DNA of 64,000 nucleotides from a virus (IMGVR_UViG_3300037312_001875:1-64000), one strand, 5' to 3'; counted from the first letter of the stretch, positions 31,592-40,021 are shown. Translations and numbers: made by a program. The notes: generated by a model from the letters alone, not told the origin.

Positions 31592-31963
31592 TTGTTACGG
31601 CTGTTTAAAGAAAAACGGTATCGTCCTCTAGGCATTCTCTTACTGTGCCTGTTTGCTTATTTGATTGTAGCTGCAGTTGGCATGATTTCCATTTTCACAG
31701 GGCAATACGGCACGATGAAACCGATTATGGAATGGTTCGGCATGATTGTAAATTTGTATTGCCTTGTTTTCTGCATTTTAAACTGGAGGATAGCTCACAA
31801 AGAATCCATCCAGAGAGAACAAGAATGGCAAAAGCGTTACAGTGAATTAGGAATCAAATATGAGCCGCAAATCGATTACCTGAAATCCCGCCGTCAGTAC
31901 GGATGGATGTGGACGCTTGCGATTGCAGTCAATTTGTTTTGTTTTAGCACTTACTTTTGGTAA
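31592..31963 (+). CDS. Membrane protein (3 TM)
   Basis: AAGGAG SD before TTG; three hydrophobic segments. Confidence 0.6.
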   Translation: MLRLFKEKRYRPLGILLLCLFAYLIVAAVGMISIFTGQYGTMKPIMEWFGMIVNLYCLVFCILNWRIAHKESIQREQEWQKRYSELGIKYEPQIDYLKSRRQYGWMWTLAIAVNLFCFSTYFW

Positions 31964-31994
31964 GCAGTTAGCCTTATGGCTGGCTTACCATTTT

Positions 31995-33221
31995 TTATCC
32001 TATCTGTTCTAACATCTTATCTATTTCAGCTTTCTTTTCCTCAATTTTTTCTTTTTCCTCTATCAGTTTATTAACTGTTTCAAGATTTTGCGGAAAAGAT
32101 TTGTTTGCAGGATGTTTACGCATTAAAGATTTCAGGCGCTCTTGCTGTCTTTTTAATTCAGATAACGTCAATTCCTCGAAATTCTTCGTTTCAGGGCTAT
32201 CCTGTTTTATTTCTTCTTTATCAAACCAATCTGGAAGCAATTCAGTTCGTATAGGTTTACCATTCCTCTTTTGCTTATCAGGAATATTGTTAAACTCTGT
32301 ACGATTCCTCTTTAGCCAATTATTCATAACAGCTCCGAAGGTTTTAGGTCTTTCCGACATCTGATCCAATAAGCAAGCTAACACATAATCGTATTCAGAC
32401 ACCCAGTACGTTTCCTTAACGGCATTAAAATGTTTTTCAATGTCTGACACATTAATTTTATATTGAGTTAATCTATCTATCCTATCCAGCAATGTATCCT
32501 TCACTACATCATTTAAAGAAGAATTATTGATTGATAGATTAATAAAATTATTTGATTCGTTATTAAAAGAATTTGAAACATTATTAGATATATTTGATAC
32601 ATTATTGGGTTTTGAATTTGAAACGGTGACCGTTTTATTTTTGAAACCCTCTACCGTTTTATTTTTGAAACCCTCTACCGTTTTATTTTTGAAACGGTAC
32701 TTCTTATTAGACTTAACCAATTTAAGTTCTTTCTTTTTAGGTTCGACTGCATCGACTTTGCGTGGTCTTCCCCCTGTTTTACCCAGCTCCTTAGAAACAG
32801 ATTCATAATCTTGATCCCAATCCCTAAGTTTTTCTAATCCCTGGTATTTCCTGACGATTTCATGAAACGGATATTCATAAACAATGATATTTTTAGGCTT
32901 CGTTGTTTTCCGTTCGCTTTCCTCGTATTCTACAATGTCAATTAATCCAAATTCCCATAAAGGCTTGATTAATCGATAGAATTTACTTTTCGATATCTCT
33001 AATGTCTTTTTATAAATATTTTCAAAGCTCCTCGGAACACGATCATATTCTCTATCTTCGTCGTTGCGATCCACCCAAGTGTGAAACTTTAACCAGAGAC
33101 AGAATGTTTCGTAACCTAATTTTTCAATCCAGTCATCACAAACTATATAAGTCAAATGGGGTAAGCTTAATTCTTCCCTTTTTTTCTTCCCTTTACCTAC
33201 TGGTGAATTCTTTTTGGGCAT
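31995..33221 (-). CDS. Replication initiator (N-terminal wHTH, DnaD-like C-terminal region)
   Basis: GGAGG SD before ATG 33221; ISKSKFYRLIKPLWEFGLI wHTH; FKNKTVEG tandem repeats followed by an Asn/Ser-rich linker, as in lambda-O-type initiators. Confidence 0.75.
   Translation of the reverse strand: MPKKNSPVGKGKKKREELSLPHLTYIVCDDWIEKLGYETFCLWLKFHTWVDRNDEDREYDRVPRSFENIYKKTLEISKSKFYRLIKPLWEFGLIDIVEYEESERKTTKPKNIIVYEYPFHEIVRKYQGLEKLRDWDQDYESVSKELGKTGGRPRKVDAVEPKKKELKLVKSNKKYRFKNKTVEGFKNKTVEGFKNKTVTVSNSKPNNVSNISNNVSNSFNNESNNFINLSINNSSLNDVVKDTLLDRIDRLTQYKINVSDIEKHFNAVKETYWVSEYDYVLACLLDQMSERPKTFGAVMNNWLKRNRTEFNNIPDKQKRNGKPIRTELLPDWFDKEEIKQDSPETKNFEELTLSELKRQQERLKSLMRKHPANKSFPQNLETVNKLIEEKEKIEEKKAEIDKMLEQIG
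32630..32695. repeat. 24-bp iterons within rep (candidate origin)
   Basis: CCGTTTTATTTTTGAAACCCTCTA x2 plus an 18-bp third copy, next to an AT-rich tract at 32520-32620. Confidence 0.7.
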
Positions 33222-33437
33222 AATAAAAACCTCCGATTTCCACCCGCCCAAAAAAAGACAATAGGAAAATAGAGGTTTGTTCTTCACATTTTTAAAATCG
33301 TATGTTAAAATTGATTTAACATACATGAAGAAACAAACCCCGTCTCTGCAAGTTTTTTTCGAAATCGTGGCCTAGGAAACCTCATTCGAATAAAACTTTT
33401 ATGGCGGGTTTTTTTTATTTTATTTACAATTACATAG

Positions 33438-33677
33438 TTATCCACAATACGACAATTACAGACAACGTTTTCTATTTTTATATTTGTCTGTCTATTTCTT
33501 AACTACTATTATACAAGCATAATATGAAATAATAATAGGACTAGAATCCTATCTTTTGAACAACCTTTCGACAAAGATGTGTCGAACATGTATGTAACAC
33601 ACAAAAAAGTCGTCCATTTGCATGCACGACAATACCGTTATCCACAGATATAAATAACTAAATAAAAGTTATCCACA
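33438..33677 (+). promoter_or_regulatory. Three perfect DnaA boxes upstream of rep
   Basis: TTATCCACA at 33438, 33638 and 33669, all in the same orientation. Confidence 0.8.
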
Positions 33678-33834
33678 TCTGGATATCAGCTCGTCGTTAA
33701 ATCCATGTTACAACAATAAGAAAATATTGGCAAGACCTAAAAATAAACCTTGCACAAAATATGAAGCTCTGTTAGTCTAATCTTGTGCCGATGGCACATA
33801 AATTAATAATATATCTGTCTCGTCGTTGAGCAGG

Positions 33835-33870
33835 GAAAAACACCGGAGCCATAGGCCCCGGTGTTTTTCT
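33835..33870. terminator. Terminator of the leftward small-gene cluster
   Basis: GAAAAACACCGG...CCGGTGTTTTTC inverted repeat. Confidence 0.65.
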
Positions 33871-33872
33871 GT

Positions 33873-34373
33873 TTACAATTGTTTTACATCATTCTGGTGG
33901 GTAATGTAATTAAAGACTTCATCGTCAGTTGTTCCAATAAATCCATCAAGATTGATGGGTTCTCCCTCTTTATCATACCGACAAACAATCCAGTTTTTAT
34001 CTCCATCCCAATTGTAAGTCGCTAAGTACCATCCTTCATCCTTCGTGCTGATCTCACAAGCAGAATTCATACCACCAGTTTGAGCCATAGCCGCATCGAT
34101 TCCAGCTTCTTTAAAGCGAAGCATTAAATTATGTTCGGCTGCTACGCAATCATCTACTTGAATCTTTTGACTGCAATCGTCACAGAGAGTAACTTGATAA
34201 CCTTTTGCCAATTCTTTTTCAGTAGTGACTTTATTCCACTCTTCTTCGCTTAATGTCTCATCACAAAATTTACCTGTTTTATAATCATAACCTCTGTTTT
34301 TGAATGTTGGTCCATGGCATTCATAACAAACTACTTTTGCCCATGGAGTCCAAATACCTGGTTTAATGTTCAT
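33873..34373 (-). CDS. Hypothetical protein (Cys-containing)
   Basis: AGAGG SD; CYEC and CDDC motifs. Confidence 0.6.
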   Translation of the reverse strand: MNIKPGIWTPWAKVVCYECHGPTFKNRGYDYKTGKFCDETLSEEEWNKVTTEKELAKGYQVTLCDDCSQKIQVDDCVAAEHNLMLRFKEAGIDAAMAQTGGMNSACEISTKDEGWYLATYNWDGDKNWIVCRYDKEGEPINLDGFIGTTDDEVFNYITHQNDVKQL

Positions 34374-34379
34374 TTTCTA

Positions 34380-34988
34380 TTACCTCTTTGCTAGTGACTT
34401 TAATTTTTCTTCGGCTTCTTTTCGAGTAGGAAAAACTCTTGATAAGCTTGGTGCCTTTAATGTGAAATATTCACCTTTGGCATCATGACCTACAATATAA
34501 GCGTGGTAGTTTGTTTTTGTTCCTTTGCCGAAAACTACAGGAATAATTTCTCCGCTATTTACAAAGTAACCAGTATCTCCTTCGTACCATTCATCCATTC
34601 CTTTTAATTGTTTACCTTCGATGAAGTCATCGACTGGAGTTGAAGGATCTGCTTTTTGATAAAAACCAATAGTTCCTTGATAATTTCTGTGCCCTTGAAC
34701 GACTGCGTGAATTGGGTACTTGTTTCCAGGTTTGTAAGCTGTAATGATTGCCTTTTCTCCTTTTTCGTTTAGGATTAGGCGACCAGGTTTAATATCCTCA
34801 GCTGAAAGAGCGGTTCCATTAACGATGGATGTACGATGTTTTGGGATTTCTACCTTCACCATCTTTTGAAATTCCTTTTTGGCTAACTCAACAAGTTCTT
34901 GATCCGAAATTCCCTTAACGACGGATAAATTAATGGTGACTGGATCTACGTGGAAAATGACTGATTTGTTTTCTTTTTTTGCTGGCAT
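34380..34988 (-). CDS. Hypothetical protein
   Basis: AGGAG SD; preceded by the 65-bp repeat element. Confidence 0.65.
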   Translation of the reverse strand: MPAKKENKSVIFHVDPVTINLSVVKGISDQELVELAKKEFQKMVKVEIPKHRTSIVNGTALSAEDIKPGRLILNEKGEKAIITAYKPGNKYPIHAVVQGHRNYQGTIGFYQKADPSTPVDDFIEGKQLKGMDEWYEGDTGYFVNSGEIIPVVFGKGTKTNYHAYIVGHDAKGEYFTLKAPSLSRVFPTRKEAEEKLKSLAKR

Positions 34989-35007
34989 AATAAAACATCT
35001 CCTTTAA

Positions 35008-35072
35008 TAATTATGAAAATAGAAAAAGAGACAATTTTCTAATCGTCTCCTTTGCTACTTTTCTTATAACAC
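35008..35072 (-). repeat. 65-bp hairpin promoter-like repeat, copy 1
   Basis: TAATTATGAAAATAGAAAAAGAGACAATT...AATCGTCTCC...CTTATAACAC; homologous to 37614 and 39957. Confidence 0.7.
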
Positions 35073-35275
35073 TACGCCCTTTCGGGCGCATATTTTAGTT
35101 TTGGTCTGCCATCTGTATAGCTCATGCTTTCTACACGTCCTCCAATGGTTTCTAAATAAGTTACCAATTTATCTAAGAAATGAAGTAGAGTTTCTTGATT
35201 TTCGATTTTACCTTCGTGGGCCATTTCGCAATAAAGGTTATCTGCCTGTGTTGTTAATTCATCTAATAAATTCAT
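35072..35275 (-). CDS. Hypothetical protein
   Basis: GGAGG SD; partial repeat motif at 35299. Confidence 0.6.
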   Translation of the reverse strand: MNLLDELTTQADNLYCEMAHEGKIENQETLLHFLDKLVTYLETIGGRVESMSYTDGRPKLKYAPERA

Positions 35276-35330
35276 AATTACATCCTCCTATAATTTCATA
35301 ATTACAAAACTAGAAAATTAATAAATTATG

Positions 35331-35540
35331 TCATCCGAATTTCTTCTGTACCAAATAACGGCCATCTCCAAAATCCTTTTCTATTTCACAAGGGAGTACA
35401 ATAATTTGTTTTCCTTTGAACTTATATTGTTCAGGATTATATCCAATGGCTGGGCGAACATCCATAAATGCATTTCGTTCTACTGGGGTGAATAATAATA
35501 CTCCATTGTAATTTTTATCTGTGATTTTCATAATAAGCAA
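35331..35540 (-). CDS. Hypothetical protein
   Basis: GGAGG SD. Confidence 0.55.
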   Translation of the reverse strand: MLIMKITDKNYNGVLLFTPVERNAFMDVRPAIGYNPEQYKFKGKQIIVLPCEIEKDFGDGRYLVQKKFG

Positions 35541-35644
35541 CCTCCATATCCATTATTGTTATCAATGACCGGGGGTCCGTGGAATAGGGAGTGCGTGCCA
35601 TGATTTCGCACGCATCCCCATCACATACCGACAACAACACAAGT

Positions 35645-35818
35645 TCACTCATGTGATCTAGGCTCTCCCCTTAAATATCCTTTTGCTAGGGCAATGAGTA
35701 AATCAATTTCTTCTAATTTAATGCGACCACGCTTATAGTTGATTATGATTTTATCGAGTTCTGAGTTTAATTTTTCTCGAGCAATCTCCTGTTTAGTTTT
35801 AACAACTGTTTCGTTCAT
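35645..35818 (-). CDS. Hypothetical protein (57 aa, not in ORF track)
   Basis: AAGGAGG SD; MNETVVKTKQEIAREKLNSELDKIIINYKRGRIKLEEIDLLIALAKGYLRGEPRSHE. Confidence 0.55.
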   Translation of the reverse strand: MNETVVKTKQEIAREKLNSELDKIIINYKRGRIKLEEIDLLIALAKGYLRGEPRSHE

Positions 35819-36021
35819 GCGTAAACCCTCCTTCTATTTTTGACTGGAATCAATGATGCACGAATGGATTCTCGTACAGCTGATTCTTTTACAACACGGG
35901 GACCATCATAGTAATTACCGATAAATTGGCCATTCACATAACGGTAATGACGGAATCCAGAATTCTTTCCGCTTTTCATTCCTTGAATGTAGCGATCGAC
36001 GATATTATCTCTAATACTCAT
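35815..36021 (-). CDS. Hypothetical protein
   Basis: GGGAG SD; partial repeat motif at 36047. Confidence 0.55.
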   Translation of the reverse strand: MSIRDNIVDRYIQGMKSGKNSGFRHYRYVNGQFIGNYYDGPRVVKESAVRESIRASLIPVKNRRRVYA

Positions 36022-36073
36022 TTAAAGCACTCCCTTTGTAATTTTGTAATTATGAAAATAGAAAAAGAGGTGA

Positions 36074-37237
36074 TTATGCAATCTCCTCTTTGTTTTCATG
36101 AAGTTTCTTTAATTGTTCTAAACGTTGCTGGCGTTCTTTCCAGAAAGTTTCATTACTTGCTTTGATTTCATCCATTTGTTGTTTCTCAAATTTACCTAAT
36201 CGGGCATTGAAAGGTGGGTTCGTGGTCATAATGTCAAACCCAAGTTCTCGTGCTTGTGCAGCTACAATTTGTACCTTGAGGTCATATGGAAGCGAATCCC
36301 ATGATTGAAACATATATTCGTCGTATTCAAAAATTTCACGCTTTCGAAGATCATATGGACTCAGGAAAACTTCTATCCATTCGCTTCCATCATCGAAAAT
36401 GTCTACAGGTGCTTTGTGTTCTCCAAGTAAAGAATTGCCCCAGTAAATACGTGTATTGGTTTTAAACTCGAAGTATTTATTGATGGTTAAGGTTTCGGGA
36501 TCTGCATGCAATCCAATAATAGGTCCTGGAACATACAACAATGAAGGCATATATAGAAAGGCTTGTATGCTTGCAACTTTGACCATTGTCAGACTCAGGT
36601 CAGCTCCCACTAAATTAAGTGAACGAGAGGGCAGAACCATTGCACCTGCCCCAATACAAGGTTCATATTGACTGGAAGTTCTGTCATCATTGTCTGCAAA
36701 CACCATCATGTTTATGGCTTTGGTGATGTCTATAGGAGTTGGAAAGTAATCTAAATGACCACTTTGGCCATGTTCCCCAATGAAATGGGAAAAGTAATCT
36801 GCCGGCTCCTTTATAAGAAGACGGATATCAAACGTTTCATATAGAATCTGCCAAAGACGGTCAGGTATTTTCGGTGCTTTGAACCAAGCAATACCTAAAC
36901 CATATCCAATCCATTCAATGAATTCCCAAAGTCGGTGTCCTTGGGCATAAACCCATTTCATGCAATTCTCTAACATTTTCTCCCCGATACCTCTTCGACT
37001 ACGGTCCGTAGTTACAACTGTCTCTGGCATTTGATAAGGATCATCCATATGTCTTCGGGCATTGATCAGCAGCCATTCATACCATCGTCCTTCAAATTCT
37101 GTATCGGCTTTTAAAGCAATTCCACGCATCCAGCCAAATCGTTTTGAGTCTTCAACGGATTGAGCTGGATCGATCCAAAGAGGATGTTTCTCTAACTCTG
37201 ATAAACGATACTGAATTCTCTCAGGTAATTGATTCAT
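36074..37237 (-). CDS. Orphan N6-adenine DNA methyltransferase-like protein
   Basis: DYFPTP, EPCIGAGAM (SAM-binding motif I), GADL and TNPPFN (motif IV). Confidence 0.75.
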   Translation of the reverse strand: MNQLPERIQYRLSELEKHPLWIDPAQSVEDSKRFGWMRGIALKADTEFEGRWYEWLLINARRHMDDPYQMPETVVTTDRSRRGIGEKMLENCMKWVYAQGHRLWEFIEWIGYGLGIAWFKAPKIPDRLWQILYETFDIRLLIKEPADYFSHFIGEHGQSGHLDYFPTPIDITKAINMMVFADNDDRTSSQYEPCIGAGAMVLPSRSLNLVGADLSLTMVKVASIQAFLYMPSLLYVPGPIIGLHADPETLTINKYFEFKTNTRIYWGNSLLGEHKAPVDIFDDGSEWIEVFLSPYDLRKREIFEYDEYMFQSWDSLPYDLKVQIVAAQARELGFDIMTTNPPFNARLGKFEKQQMDEIKASNETFWKERQQRLEQLKKLHENKEEIA

Positions 37238-37395
37238 TAGATTACCTCCCGGTCAATTTTATTTTCTAATTCAAATAACTTGATTGTGTACCACTCAACA
37301 TCTTCGGGTTTCATCGTTCTTGCTGATTTAAGAATGGTTTCAATAAAAGCGATCATCCTTTTGATTGCTGTGTTTCTTTGATGTATATAATCCAT
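37237..37395 (-). CDS. Small hypothetical protein (52 aa, not in ORF track)
   Basis: AGGAG SD; MDYIHQRNTAIKRMIAFIETILKSARTMKPEDVEWYTIKLFELENKIDREVI. Confidence 0.6.
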   Translation of the reverse strand: MDYIHQRNTAIKRMIAFIETILKSARTMKPEDVEWYTIKLFELENKIDREVI

Positions 37396-37613
37396 TTCTA
37401 ATTAACTCCTTTCATAAATATGAAATTAGAAAAATAACAAAAAATAAAAAGGCATAGTTTTATAACTATGCCTTAACTGCTGGTTGCTGAATTCCTTGAG
37501 ATTCATGTTTCATAATAGTCTTACAGATTTGAATATACCGTTCTGCATTTTTCTTTCCCACCAATTTAATTAGTTCAGCTTTTCCATTTGTCATGTTGAA
37601 CACGCTCCTTTTG

Positions 37614-37683
37614 TAATTATGAAAATAGTAAAAGAGACAATTATGTTAACTTGTCTCTTTTATCTCCACTGTTCTTATAACAC
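37614..37683 (-). repeat. 65-bp hairpin promoter-like repeat, copy 2
   Basis: TAATTATGAAAATAGTAAAAGAGACAATT...TTGTCTCTTT...CTTATAACAC. Confidence 0.7.
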
Positions 37684-37759
37684 GTTTTTTTGATTTTTTG
37701 TAAAATTTTCAGACAACTGAAATCGTTTCCATTAGAATAAAAAAAAGGAGGTATCGGCT

Positions 37760-37861
37760 ATGAAACATTTAGAACTATCTGATCAAGAACCTCAAGAGGA
37801 AGAAAAAAGGGAGGAAGAGGATACTTTTGAATATGACTATAATAAGCGAATATGGTTTTAA
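37760..37861 (+). CDS. Tiny acidic protein (33 aa, not in ORF track)
   Basis: AAGGAGG SD; MKHLELSDQEPQEEEKREEEDTFEYDYNKRIWF. Confidence 0.5.
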   Translation: MKHLELSDQEPQEEEKREEEDTFEYDYNKRIWF

Positions 37862-37895
37862 AATAAAAAAAGGTATCCTGCGCAGGATACCTTTT

Positions 37896-38132
37896 TTAAC
37901 TTTCTTTAAACCCTATATCATCGATGGTGTTCAATAACTTTTTTCGGTCATTTGGTCGCAAAGTATCAAGAACTTCCACTTCCTTGGCTGCCATGACTTT
38001 AATGGCTTCCATCATTTTTTGATGTGTTTTTGGTCCAATTCCAGGGATGCCATGAATAGCAGTTTCAACTAAATCCCAAGTGTCATTGCATCCTTTAATA
38101 TACGAACGAAGTAACTTTTCTGACATCCCCAT
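37896..38132 (-). CDS. Hypothetical protein
   Basis: GGGG SD; GIPGIGPKT HhH-like motif. Confidence 0.55.
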   Translation of the reverse strand: MGMSEKLLRSYIKGCNDTWDLVETAIHGIPGIGPKTHQKMMEAIKVMAAKEVEVLDTLRPNDRKKLLNTIDDIGFKES

Positions 38133-38144
38133 TTGTAGATCCCC

Positions 38145-38813
38145 TTACTGTTTAATCGTTACCCAATTTTTTTTGATGGCCAAAAGGACTGCATTAGTGC
38201 GATCCTCTACTTTTATCTTTTGGAAAATACTGGTCATATGGTTTTTTACGGTTTTTTCGCTAATATGCAAATACTCTGCCATAGATCCGTTACTGTGCCC
38301 ATCGGCTAACAACTGTAACACTTCGCATTCGCGTACAGTTAAAATTTCGAGTGGGGGATGTGCCTCTAAAGTATCAGCTTGGTTTTTTCCCACTAACGCA
38401 TCGATGACAAACCCTGTTACCTCTGGGTGTAGATATTGATGTCCTTTAACCACTTGTGTAATTGCTCCAATTAATTCAGGAGGAGTTGTTTCTTTTATGA
38501 TATAACCAGATGCTCCGTTTTTTAATGAGTCGATCACATAAGATTTTTCTGCATGAACGGAAAGCATCACTACTTTTGTATTTGGATGAAGGGTAACGAT
38601 TTCCTTGGTTGCTTCAATTCCGTCCATCTCAGGCATATTTACATCCATTAACACGATGTCTGGCTTTAATGTATCGACAAGATTTAATGCTTCAATTCCA
38701 TTTGTTGCAGAACCAACCACTTCAAAAGACGGTTCGTTGTCCAGTATACTTTTGACTCCTTCTCTAAAAAAAAGATGGTCGTCAACAAGGATGATCCTTG
38801 TAATTTTAATCAT
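38145..38813 (-). CDS. DegU-like NarL/LuxR-family response regulator (orphan)
   Basis: VDDHLFFREGVK, PDIVLMDVNMP (phospho-Asp), GYIIK, LT.RECEVLQLLADG.SN, ISEKTVKNH. Closely follows B. subtilis DegU as recalled. Confidence 0.85.
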   Translation of the reverse strand: MIKITRIILVDDHLFFREGVKSILDNEPSFEVVGSATNGIEALNLVDTLKPDIVLMDVNMPEMDGIEATKEIVTLHPNTKVVMLSVHAEKSYVIDSLKNGASGYIIKETTPPELIGAITQVVKGHQYLHPEVTGFVIDALVGKNQADTLEAHPPLEILTVRECEVLQLLADGHSNGSMAEYLHISEKTVKNHMTSIFQKIKVEDRTNAVLLAIKKNWVTIKQ

Positions 38814-38944
38814 GTTTTTTCACCCCGAAATGTAATGTCTCCTCACACTTATTCTGTCTATGTTACTTTAGTCCTAAACAAATTGTAGCACCTAGCTCGT
38901 TCTTTTACAAGTCGTTTGAAAAAATGATACAATTATGTTTATGT

Positions 38945-39116
38945 TGAATCATGTTCCAAATCTTCATAGATTCATAGGTTGTTCACGCACTATAACAGAG
39001 GAAACCCCTTAACGGCTCACGCTTATTGTTAGTAGGGGAAGTCTTGGATAACCATATACATAATGGGTAGGAACCAACATAATTTCAAACATATTGAAAA
39101 TTTGGAACAATGTTCA
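38945..39116. promoter_or_regulatory. Inverted pair of Ter-like RTP sites
   Basis: TGAATCATGTTCCAAATCTTCA (+, 38945-38966) and TGAACATTGTTCCAAATTTTCA (-, 39095-39116) match 18/22. The core resembles the Bacillus Ter core ATGTACYAAATNTTC. Confidence 0.7.
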
Positions 39117-39129
39117 TAAGGAGGAAATC

Positions 39130-39489
39130 GTGGGAAAGGATAGCGGTTTTTTAATGAAACAACGAGCCTTCTTAAAACTGTGCTTAATTGGTGAGACAGA
39201 GAAGGGGCGCCTTTACGGATTGAGCTTCTGGAAAAAAATACGTGAAGATTATGGGGATGCTTGCGAATATCGTCCTACGCATACGGAGATATATAAAGCG
39301 CTGCATGATCTAATTGACGATGGAGTTCTCAAACGGGAAAAAAGAGTCAAAGAGGGAATGAAGTATCAGGAAGTAGTGTACTATGTTTTTCAAGATTACA
39401 GCAAAGCCCAGCTTTACAAAAAACAATTGAAGGTGGAGCTGGAACGGAATATTAAAATTCTAAAGAAAGCGTTGAAGGATAATTATTGA
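39130..39489 (+). CDS. rtp: Replication terminator protein RTP homolog
   Basis: GFLMKQRAFLKL...RLYGL...PTHTEIYKALHDLIDDGVL...QEVVYY.F.DY..A.LYKKQLKVEL.R...L.KAL.DNY, collinear with B. subtilis RTP. Confidence 0.9.
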   Translation: MGKDSGFLMKQRAFLKLCLIGETEKGRLYGLSFWKKIREDYGDACEYRPTHTEIYKALHDLIDDGVLKREKRVKEGMKYQEVVYYVFQDYSKAQLYKKQLKVELERNIKILKKALKDNY

Positions 39490-39531
39490 AAAAAACAGAG
39501 GGCAAACGCCCCCTGTTTTTTTATTATACTG

Positions 39532-39897
39532 TCATCCATCATCCTTCCTTTTCTCCGTATCTTTTAAATAATCAGTTAATACAGCTACAGCGGACTTTAA
39601 GAAACATAATAAAAAATCTTTCATCAGTGATTTGTATTTAGCTGTAAAAACCTTTTTATGATTTCCAGCAAAATAAAGTTTGACTTCGCCACCTGAACGG
39701 TCAAACCTCATTTCAGCAAAACGAATGGTTTCCTTATCTTTTTCCCCCGAATAATCGATAGCAATGTATCCATCATTTTTAAATTTCTCTTTATACTTTC
39801 CGTACCATTCTTGAGCGATTGTTACCGCATCTTCATCAGTGTCCCGTAATATGGTCTTCTCCAATGAACCTTTATAGATTAATGAAATGACATACAA
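39532..39897 (-). CDS. Hypothetical protein
   Basis: Long ORF downstream of repeat copy 3. Confidence 0.6.
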   Translation of the reverse strand: MYVISLIYKGSLEKTILRDTDEDAVTIAQEWYGKYKEKFKNDGYIAIDYSGEKDKETIRFAEMRFDRSGGEVKLYFAGNHKKVFTAKYKSLMKDFLLCFLKSAVAVLTDYLKDTEKRKDDG

Positions 39898-39956
39898 CTA
39901 TTGACGCCTCCCCCGTACATAAATAAAAAATCAGTTCCACCTCCTTTTTAGTTTTA

Positions 39957-40021
39957 TAATTATGAAATTAGAAAAGGAGACAATATTACAATTGTCTCCT
40001 TTACCATTTTCCTTATAACAC
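39957..40021 (-). repeat. 65-bp hairpin promoter-like repeat, copy 3
   Basis: TAATTATGAAATTAGAAAAGGAGACAAT-ATTACA-ATTGTCTCCTTT...CTTATAACAC. Confidence 0.7.

Noticed and set aside
32630-32695. CRISPR-like direct repeats
   Set aside because: The units are contiguous with no spacers, lie in frame within rep, and no cas genes are present.
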